A stretch of DNA of 63,478 nt, filler included, from Stramenopiles sp. TOSAG23-6 (taxonomy: Eukaryota): NCBI GenBank assembly GCA_900128565.1. It is 8 parts of 8 records of this genome, joined end to end, with 100 filler letters (N's around TTAATTAATTAA, not from the genome) between each part and the next. Parts side by side here need not be neighbours in the genome. Positions count along the whole stretch, not along the records: positions 8,976 to 17,826 come from LT636411.1; positions 17,927 to 26,741 come from LT636412.1; 6 more parts are not named here. One strand, written 5' to 3'. Below, one piece after another: positions 12,017-22,600 of this stretch; the first letter of the stretch is position 1; every line of letters starts with the position of its first letter. Below the pieces are notes generated by a model. It was given only the letters and a program-made list of their open reading frames with translations, did no database searches and was not told the DNA's origin. The position numbers and the translations under genes are program-made.

Positions 12017-12096
12017 ATAAAATAATTACTCATTTATATTCAACTGTTCTTCTACAAGTTGAGAACTTCCTTCAACACCAAGCATTAACAAACTAA

Positions 12097-13159
12097 TTAT
12101 TTATAGTGTTCTAGAAATATAGTACTTCCTTCAACACCAAGCATTAACAAACCACTTGATATAAAAGCACGAATACAAACAGGAGATAAACCTCGCCAAA
12201 GTTCCTTATATCCATTTTTCTTCACAATATGTGTAATACTTTTGTATAGGCTAATATTTGTAGGTAAAGTGCCAATTTGTTGTCTCGATTTTATAATATC
12301 CATTGGCAAAACTGAAGCCCAAGCGATTGAAGCTGCTAAACCACCACAGAACGGAAATCGTAAGAAATAAAGATTTTCAATAAAAGAATTCGAAGTTCGA
12401 GTCGTTTTAGTTAAGACATGTGTTTCAGGTATTTGTTGGGGTATCCAGGGTTCCATGCAATCCATACTCTCTTCTGTGTCATTCCATACATGTATTGTAA
12501 AAAAAACACGGAATCACAAAAAAATCGTTAGGTACGAAAGTTCGTACGAAAAAAGTTTCAAAAAAAATAATAAATTTGAAATTTAAAAAAAAAAAAAGTA
12601 CATGCATTTTTGATTCGAGTGTTTGTGTTGTACACTTATATACTGAAAAGAAAATTCCATAATATGGAATGTCACGTGCCCAGATTGCTGTTAAACCTCG
12701 AAATAAACCATTTATACCTTCAATTTGTAACAAGTGTTGAAGACATTTGAGTGGACCTGACATATTGCCACTCCGTGTTGTGGCTGATTGTAATCTACAT
12801 TTGATTGCTTCTGGACCGCATATGACTGCACTACTTATAAAACCAGTGAATGAACCTAATAAAATTTCGGTTTTAAAAGAGAGTTTTGCTTTTTCCTCAG
12901 ATACAAAACGTCGTAACGCACCATTAATCGTAAACACAACCATATTTTCTAAACATGACACAGAAAGAGCAGGGACTGCACCTTTGTATAAAGCAGTAAA
13001 TCCCTCAACACGTATTGTCTTCGTGGTACAATGAATAGGCCCTCTAAACACATTTGGAGAATATGTTTGCAAACGAACTTTTATCGTGTCCATTGGTAAT
13101 CCACCATAGGTAGAAAGAGTCCCACCAACAAGTCCCGAAAAAGCGTCCTGCCAAGTCAT
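12097..13159 (-). CDS. Mitochondrial carrier (SLC25, ornithine/carnitine-like); family intron 12601-12490 (GT-AT)
   Basis: Three PX[D/E]XXKX[R/K]XQ signatures: PMDTIKVRLQ, PEAIKCRLQ, PMDIIKSRQQ. Confidence 0.92.
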
Positions 13160-13624
13160 GAATACTAATAAATATGAAGTACTATATTATATTCTATAGC
13201 TTGTCTAGTGTATTCGAAGTTTCAAGCATCATTGCCCGAGCAATATTTGATCTATCTAATGGAAGGTGAACTGGAATGATATCAGTTGACTTACTATACG
13301 GTCTCAGTTGTAGTCCAGTTATCCCTCGAATTGTTTTTCAAATGAATTAGAAATTCTAAACAAAAATAAATTATTCTTTTTTGAAGGTTTTACACTTACT
13401 TGTTTTTTTTGTCGTCGTCTTTGTTGTTGTTGTTGTGAACGTGGAAGTTTCACAATTTTCCCTAACCCTAACGCTAACCCTAGCTAATATTTGGGTCAAG
13501 CTCAAGCAGCTCAAGCTTTTCCCAAACAAGAATGAGATCTAGTCAAACTTCTTCAAGTGCAACATTTTAATTAATATTTATTATATGGATTGGCAATAAA
13601 GATATTATAGCCAAAGTGTATACT

Positions 13625-16600
13625 ATGTGGGGCTATGGTGCTAGCTCATCGGGAGGTACTGCAGATATATTTGACGGAAACGAGGCATTATTGACAGAAA
13701 TGGAGGCGCAAAATGCACTTTTTGATGTGTGTAGAATTGGTGGACATACGGGAGCATTGGATAAGCTGATAAAGGTATACAAAGTAAATTTGTCAAGTTT
13801 TAATGATGAAGGTTTCACCCCATTACATGTAGCTGTATTGAATGGTAAGGTTGATATTGTTCGTACATTGTTACGTTCTGGTTCACCGCTACTTGTTTCA
13901 CGCGAAGGAATTACTCCAGTTCAGATTACAAAAGGATTGAGTGTTAATGTAGTTGATAAAATTATGCAAGTCTTTAGAGCTGAGATGCTTCATCAGGTGG
14001 CAATAGGTAATGTAGTACGTTTAAATGAACTTGTCAAATCTGGTCTTTCTGTGAACACCCGTGATGGTACAAAAGAAAATGGCACATTACTGCACTGGGC
14101 TTGCAGCTTCAAGCAAATCAAAGTTATTCAGTTTTTGCTTCAAAAAGGTTGTAATCCAAATAATCTCAATTCTTTTGGTGCCACGGCTTTACATGAAGCT
14201 GCAATATCTGGAGATATGAAAACTGTCGTAGAACTTCTTAAATATGGCGCTAAAAAAGATATTTTAGGATCATGTGTGTTTTATTTTTTTGAAAATTTGG
14301 ATTTTTTTTTCGTACGAAATTTTGTACCTAACAAAAACTTTTAATTTTTTTTTGAAATATTTTTCCAAAATACATCAGGAAAGTTCTCTAATTCAACTCC
14401 ATATGACATTTCAATACAATTTGGACAAAACGAACAAATATCTTCACTTCTATTACCTGGTATTATAAATCCTTTTCATTTAAAAACGTCTACACAGAAC
14501 ATTTCATTGGATCAAACTCCCACAAAAAAAATATTTGACTCAGTTCTGTCAAAAAATAGAATAAAAAATAGTATAAAAAATTGTGATGAGTTTACAAGTG
14601 AAAAAATGTCCATTCGATCAATGTCACTTAGAAAATCACTTTTGTTTTTAGGTATTGATGATGATCACTTTGATAGTACATCTTATCCGATAACATTTCA
14701 TACAAAAAATACAAAAAATACAAAAAATACAAAAAATATAAAAAATATAAAAAATACAAAAATTTTATTTATCGGAGGTATTGGTCAAAATGAACATTCT
14801 ATCGGAGATTTTATCTTTTCTCCAAATGTCTCAAAACATTCAAATTGTAGATGGATAAAACGTGTATCAAAGAATAATACAAAAAACAATCAACAAATTG
14901 ATTCATGCATGGTTCGACATTGTATGTTTTTTTTAATACATTTTTTTTTCTACAATTTTTTTTTTTCTAAAAAAAAAAAAAAAAAAAATTAAAATTTTTT
15001 TTTATACGAAATTTCATACCTAACAAAAATGTAATTTTTTTTTTTAAATATTTTTTTACAAATACATCAAGTATACATCTTCTTGAAAGATCTATAATTT
15101 TAACTATTGGTGGAGGTGCACAATGTTGGTCTTTTGGGAAAGTATTTAGTGGAATTTTTACATTACATTCAGAACATGTTTCAAATTGGATAAAACAAAA
15201 ATATAACCCTAACCCTAATACCCTCCAAAATGTTGTACAAAAAAAAAAAAAAAATTGTATAAATACGTTAAATACATTGACGTCACTTTGCAAAAATGAA
15301 AGTGACATCGAACAACAAAATTACACAGAAAATAATATTAATTATAATCATTTTAATGCAATTACTATTCCAAGTATAGGAGCTAAAATAATCAAAACAG
15401 TTTTGGAAAAATTTGTTTGTTTTTAGTATGAATTTTTTTTTTTTTTTTGAATTTTTTTGAATTTTTTTAGAATTTTTTTTTTTAATAAAAATTTCATACC
15501 TAACAAAATTCTGAATTTTTTTTTGAAATATTTCTTCACAAATACATCATCTTTTTGATAAAAGTAGGAAAATCAAACCTTCTTCCTCTACAGAAGATAT
15601 ACTTGTAATTCCTGTATTATACAATTCAAAAGTATCAAATCTAATTAAAAATTTGAAAAATTTGAAAAATTTGAAAAATTTGAAAAATATTTGTACTTTT
15701 GGTATTGATGAAATTTTGAATACTTTTATTGAAAAAAAGGTAAAAAAAATGATTGTACAAGAAAAATCAAAAACCAATTCAAAATGTACTTTTACAAATT
15801 TTGAAGAAAAAGAAGAAACATATCGTAAAATTGTATCGGAATCATTTTGTAGTAGTCTACAACAAATTGAATGTATTTATATCCCTAACCCTAACCCTAC
15901 TACAAATCATGTAGAAAAAAAACAAAAAAATCAAAAAAATCAAAAAAATGCCTCAATTTCACGGCAATATGCTCAAAAAAAAGCAAAAGCCAAACTTCTT
16001 GATCGTGTATCTAATGTGAATGTAAAACCGACTCATAAAAATAGTTGGATTAATGCAGCTCAAAAAAATACAAAAAATGAAACAATAAATAAATTCGAAA
16101 TTAAAAATACAAAACATGAAAAAAATACAAAAAATGAAACAATAAATAAATTCGAAATTGAAAANCAACAAGAGAGNAACCCTAACCCTACTACAAATAC
16201 TACTACTATTCAACAAATTCAGTCAATTGTCGCTCAAAAAAAAGATACAAAATTGTTAAAGGTTGCATGTACGTTTACTTTTTTTTTTCATACGAAATTT
16301 TGTACCTAAAGATAACAAAACAAAAAAGATTTTTTTTTAAATTTAAAAAAAAAAAATTTTAAATTAATTTTTTTTTCATAGTAAATTTTGTACCTAACAA
16401 AAAAAAAATCAAAAAAAAAAATAATAATTTTCACAATACAGTAGAACAAATTAATCAATATGATAATTCAAGATTAATCTCGACTATTCCAACAGTTCAA
16501 TCATCACCATTATTAATAATTGATGAAATTGATGATAAAAACATATTCGATGATTGTGTTTTAATACCTTTTAAAGAGTATGAAACAGTTATAAAGTATT

Positions 16601-17715
16601 TACATTTTTGGTCCAATGGGGAAAATTTACCAAAAGTATCAAAAATATCAAAAATATCAAAAATATCAAAAAATAAAAATTTGATAATTTCGAATAAAAC
16701 ATCAAAAACATCAAAAACATCAAAAAAAAATAAGAAATTATTTGATTGGTCTGAATTACCACGGATTGCATCATTTTCTTTATATATGATTGAAAAAAAT
16801 ATAATGAATCCATCATGTACTATACAAAAAAAAAATCCAAGATATTTAATTCCTGATAATATTATATTTGACCATTTAAAACAATTGTTACAATCTTTAG
16901 GGTTAGGGTTTCATGAAAATGGTAAACATGTTGAAAATGTTGAAAATGGTGAAAATGGTGAAAATGGTAAACATGTTGAAAATGTTGAAAATGGTAAAAA
17001 TATTAAAAATGGTAAAAATATTAAAAATGATGAAAATGGTAAAAATATTAAAAACAGTAAAAACAGTAAAAATGTTGAAAAAAACAGTAAAAACAGTAAA
17101 AATATTGGGAGTATAATGCATATAGAAGTCAGAGGAAATAAAACTGTAGAAGAGACTTTATTAAGTACAGAATTTCCTAGTAAAAAAAATATTCTCAACA
17201 AAAAGTCAAATATTTCATTAGGTACAGAATTTCCTAGTAAAAAAAATATTTTTAAAGGTATTCCAAAAAAATGGGAAAGAATAGGAAAAAATGAAGTATT
17301 AGTGATACCAAATGATTCTTTTCAATGTACACCTTGGACTATTCCTACAGTGAATGAAAAATTATGGCCATTACTCGCTAGAATTTTTGAAGTACGTTTT
17401 TTTTTTTTTAAATTTTAAAATTTTTAAAATTTTTTTTTGTAGTAAATTTTGTACCTAACAAAAAAAAAAAAAAAAATTTTTAAATATTTTTCAAAAATTA
17501 AATGTTCGTCTTGTTGTACGAAAAGCTCGAATTGATACTGGACTCAAACGTCAAAGTAAATGCATTTTATTATGGCCTATTCCGAAAAATCCTTCTACAT
17601 GGCATCCAACTCCACCAATGCAAACTATTAATGAACCAGCTGCTGAAGGTATTGATACATGGGTTCATGTCTACCAGCATGGATATCATTTTACTTTTGA
17701 TATTTTAAAGGTAAT
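13625..17715 (+). CDS. Ankyrin-repeat protein running into a TYW2/TRM12-like region (3'-partial); introns 14274-14375, 14922-15067, 15415-15547, 16269-16441, 17392-about 17503, and 17716 into the spacer
   Basis: GFTPLHVA, TLLHWA and GATALHEA ankyrins; distal PKKWERIG..ARID.G.KRQS..WVHVYQHG..F.FDILKVM resembles TYW2; one frame after intron removal. Confidence 0.7.
14274..14375 (+). mobile_element. Introner-like intron, GT-AT
   Basis: Use of the CAG 3 nt downstream would create TGA; the AT end keeps the frame open. Confidence 0.85.
16913..17105 (+). repeat. Coding 9-nt tandem expansion (ENG/ENV/KNI/KNS)
   Basis: RAAAATRNT-type periodicity; similar arrays at 14700-14760, 15646-15690 and 16635-16725. 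Confidence 0.85.
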
Positions 17716-17719
17716 GTAT

Positions 17720-17753
<34 letters not shown>

Positions 17754-17978
17754 TAAATTTTTTACCTAACAAAAAAAAAAAAAAAAATTTAAAACAAAAA
17801 AATTTTATAGGAAATTTTGTACCTAANNNNNNNNNNNNNNNNNNNNNNNNNNNNNNNNNNNNNNNNNNNNTTAATTAATTAANNNNNNNNNNNNNNNNNN
17901 NNNNNNNNNNNNNNNNNNNNNNNNNNCAAAATTTCGTACGAAAAATAAATTCGAAATTGAAAAAAAAATAAAACATAC

Positions 17979-19283
17979 ATACGAATCCAAAAATTGTTTT
18001 TTGTTTTTTTTGTATTTTCGGTTGACACTTTTACATCTTCATCATCTAATGACGTTTGTATTGTATTTGTACCATTTTTTGTACCCTTTTTTTTTGTATC
18101 TAATTTAGTATAATCGTTCAAACGTCTTCGTTTGTTGCGTTTGTTGTGATGAAAGTTTATACTCTCCAATTGTTCAACTTTGGTGTTTTTCAATGTTTTA
18201 GTATTTTTGTACACAAATGAATCATTATTTATACCAGATTTCGTACCTAACGAACACTCCTCTACTATTGCTGGTCGTGTAGTCACACCATTCATATACG
18301 CCAATGGCAAACGCAAATTCTCCAAGAATACATCATGTATTTTGGGGAAATATTTTCAATTGTTTTTTGTTAGGTACAAAATTTCGTACGAAAAATAAAT
18401 AAATTTAAATTTGATCCTGAAAACATACATGTAATACACCATTTTCTATAGATTCGTTAGTAAATAACTTGAAATCAGAAACAGACGTAGCTACCCTAGG
18501 TATACTACTATTATCCAAAGCAACTGTAGACTCCAAAACAGTTTTCCAACTACGAATTTCTACTTGTACTATATACGTTTTACAGACTTTATTTCTTGAT
18601 TGTAGAGAATCAATACCAATACTATTAATGGTATTTCGATCATTAGGGTTAGGGTTAGGATTAGTGGTATTTCGATCATTAATTAACCCCTCTAGTAGTT
18701 TCCCATCATCGGTAAACAATAATAGGCCTTCAGTGTCAACGTCTAAGCGACCGACGTGGGGGACAGGTGGGTAATTAGCAGGCAAAATACTGTAACATGA
18801 AGGATACCTATGCTTCACTTGACCTGGAGCATTTCTCATTGACGTAACACCTCTTGGTTTATTCAACATATAGTAAAAGAAGGCAGGAGGTTTACCCTTC
18901 TTGACCCGGCGTTTATTCCTAGAAGTCACGACATACGTATTTACATGTTTTGATTTGCATTTTCCTCCTACAGTAGAGGCTATTTCTGCAGCAATACTCT
19001 GGGAAGGATACGGATAAACAGTGCGACCAATTCGTTCCATTGAACGAACAACATCTGCGATACCTAGTTTGGGTCTGCTCTTATTTTGTAGTGCTGTCGA
19101 TTTCTTTTGTTGTCTCTGAAGTCGTGTTAATAACTTTGCCATTTGCTTTTTTCTTCGAGCATCCTTTTTGGGGTTTGAATACTTTGATATATCCAATAAC
19201 TCAGTGTTTGCTAGTCTCTTCTTTGTCTTCCGACCTAACGTGGAAATTGCATGAACTGCAGTCGAAGCAGTTTTGCTATTCAT
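17979..19283 (-). CDS. RsuA/RluB-family pseudouridine synthase (3'-partial); family intron 18428-18335 (GT-AT)
   Basis: YYMLNKPRGV, HVGRLDVDTEGLLLFTDDG, KTYIVQV. Confidence 0.88.
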
Positions 19284-19606
19284 GTGTATCTCAATTTCTA
19301 TATTAATAGCCTCTGATAGGCAATAGACTACGTGTAAATCCTACTACTCCGCACACTTTAGAATGGCTACTAGTAGTAGTAGAGGTACTCTACTGTAGCT
19401 AGTGCTATCGAGTATAGTAGTGAACAAGACTTTGGGCTGACTTGTTACAACTTACAAGTTGGGTTTTTTTTTTCCATCGCCAAGCGCGACAGGTTTGTTC
19501 ACAACTTTCTTTTTTTCAGTTACGTTTTCATTTTTTCTCATCTCTCATCATCATCCTTTTTTTCAGAGAATATCTTACTTTACTCCACTGTAGACATTAC
19601 AACAAA

Positions 19607-22600
19607 ATGTCACAAATACTAATTAATTGGCTGAATGAAGAACTTGGTTTAAGTTCGCAAGTTACATCTGTAACTGATGACTTTAGAAATGGATATCTAA
19701 TTGGTGAGGTTCTCTATCGTTTCAACCAAGTTGGCGACTTTAAGCTGAACTTTCGTAACCTACCCAGTGCAAATGCAAAAATCCGAAACTTTTGCTTACT
19801 CGAACCCGCACTTCGTCGAATGGGTATTCAATTCAACTCTAATATGGCGTACGCTATAATTTCCGGTAATAAAGGGCCTACTGAAAGTCTTTTATATGAA
19901 ATTAAAATGACGATTGATAAACTAAAATGTGGTCCACGGGTAGGACGGACTCGAGGTGACGGAAAAGTTGAGGCTCTAAGTAATATAGCTCTAAAACCTC
20001 GAAAGGCGTCATATGATGCCAAGCAAAGTTTACACTTTGAGAAGTCTATTCGAAATTTAGTAGAAGGAGAAAATGAAGTTCAAATGAAAGCTCATTTAAA
20101 TAAGTTTGGTGAATTTACAAAGAAGCAAGAAGAACTTCGATTGATTGAAAACGAAAAAGAAAAGAAGGCTAAGGAACAACAGCGTCTATATATGCAGCAG
20201 CTATCTGTTCAACGAATTGAAGCAAAAAGACGACGTAAATTAATTGAACTAGATCAAAAACGAACGCCGAAACATACACATCGTAAAAAAATACGTGAAC
20301 AAAGAAAAATAGATTTTGAAAACCGTAAAATAGAAAAAAATATCGTAGAAAAAGAGAGAAAAATTGAGGAAGGTCGTAATGAAGTCATCCAAGAAATTTC
20401 TGCATTTGAAGCTGCATTAGAACGTCGTGGTGGTCCTATAACAGGTGAGCTTGAAGCATTGGGACCTGGAATTGTCAGTAGCAGTAGTAAGGACGAGTTT
20501 GATGCTCGGTTAATTGGATTGTCTAGTACTCCATTTGAACAACGTTTAGCTGCAAATGAACATTTACAAAGAATGAAGATGGCAAAACAATCCATGAAAT
20601 TTGATCAAAGTGAAAGAGATCGCAGACGTGTCAGATTTTTATCCCACGTACTTAGTAGTCGTAGTAAACAGATGCAAATACAAAACGATAAATGGATTTC
20701 TACGTTGCTCACTCGTGACTGTAATACAGAAGTTGCTTTGAATTCAGAACTACAAATTATACGAAGGCACAAAAATGTTATTGTTCAGAATCGCGAATAT
20801 AGAGAAGGAGAATACCGAAAACAAGAAGCAGTTGATGCAATTCTTTTCAATGAACTAGAAAAAACACTTCTTGAAAGTTACCAGACTGGTTTTTCTGCAA
20901 ATAATAGCAGACATGGGAAACGACTCATGGATAGTTTACATCGTTGTGAGAAAGCTCAATTCCAAGATCGATTTTTGTTTTGTTCTACAATACTTCAAAA
21001 ATGTATAAATTTTGCGATAGAAATTGTAAATCAAAGACAACTCCGCAATAGTTTACAAGACAAACTTCCGTGTGTGAATGATGGCGATGCAAATATGAAT
21101 CTCCCAAGAAACATGTATGTTTTATTTTTTTTCAAATTCGAATGTTTTTTCGTACGAAATTTTGTACCTAACGATTTTTTTTTTAATATTTTTCCAAAAT
21201 ACATAATTAGAGATGCCAGAACTATATTTGGTTCAAAATTAAATATGAGCTCCTTAACAGACTGTGTTGCCAAGCAAGATGATGCAGCGGATTCCCCTAT
21301 AAATGTGGGAGTTGTGTCGGTTCATAATTTAACTCCGGGTATGGAAATTATCGCAGAACGCCAGACAGAAGATTTTCTTTCGCAAACACTCCAGCATCAG
21401 AGTAAGGATAAGCAAAGCGTACCAAGTGGTACTGAATGTGCTACACTTGGGCAGATTGTAGATACTATTCAAATTAGAACCACGCCAGTTCCAGAGAAAA
21501 AACGACCAGTGGATATACCCAATTTTCCACTACAAATATGCGTTGTTGGTGATTCACATTCAGGAAAATCAGAGCTTGCAATTCATTTGGGAAATACTTT
21601 TGGACTTGTTGTATTAAACGTCGAAGATCTAGCTGTTGATGCGATTTCAATAGATGGAGATAGCTGTGGCATGGATATAAAATCCACCTTGGAGACAGGT
21701 GGTGCATTAAGTGATGAGACGGTAGTAAGTCTAATTGTGGAAAAAGTCAAATCTGTGGCTGATGATCCAATGATGAATGGTTCTCCCGATGCGGATGGAT
21801 GTAAAGGCTGGGTTCTTGATGGTTTTCCAAGAACAGCTGTACAATGTCTTCTACTTGAGAAAGCAATGTCAGGATTTGCTCTTGATGCAGCAGAGCAAGA
21901 AAAGAAAAGGCGCCAACCCTCAAAAGTAGCCCCTCGTCCATCTACATCTATAAAAGAATATCCCCCTGAATCAGTCTTCAATGTTGTAATACAGTTGAAT
22001 GCACCCCAAGAAGTTCTTCAAAGAAGGGCAAACGGAAACTTCGTGCAAAAATCCAATGGAAATGTATATCATATTATGGATTCACCGCCTAAACTCCAAG
22101 ATGGGGTTTTACGCGAACTTCAACTTTTACCGGATGAAAGTTTTGCAAGAGTTTCACTTCCAGACTTCTTAGCAAAAGAGAATTTGGAATCTCCAGATTT
22201 GAAACAATTGCAGTATATGTTTAATAATTATATAGAGATCGATGCATCTCAAATGGACAAATCAGTGATATTGAGTGAAGCAACAAAATCCGTAAAAAGT
22301 TTTATTGATAAAGATAACGAGGAAAAACAATCTGCAAAAGATATTGAAGCAAAGAAATTATCTGATATAACGAACTTTGGAGATATTGTGGGTAACTATT
22401 TATCTTCTGGTGAAACATTTGAATCGCCAGTTGCTCCCATTGAAGCTGACGATAATACTGAAGAACGTCAAGAACAAGAACCAAGGGAAAATGTCGAAGG
22501 TGTATCAGGTCTTAAATGGTGTATCAATGAATCTGGTTCTGCAACTGATCCTGATGGAAATGTAGTACAATTGACCCGTTTGGATTTCGAAACCTTGGAA

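Noticed and set aside
12064-12152. About 28-nt direct duplication at the end of the carrier gene
   Set aside because: A small local duplication into the 3' UTR with no further structure.
21113-21202. U12-type AT-AC introns (a 2-nt shift gives AT..AC in many copies)
   Set aside because: There is no RTATCCTT donor and the branch site is too far from the end. The shift fails for copies preceded by TT, GT, CT or GA, and it damages motifs (FNIVN to FNNVN, FAHC to FAQC).
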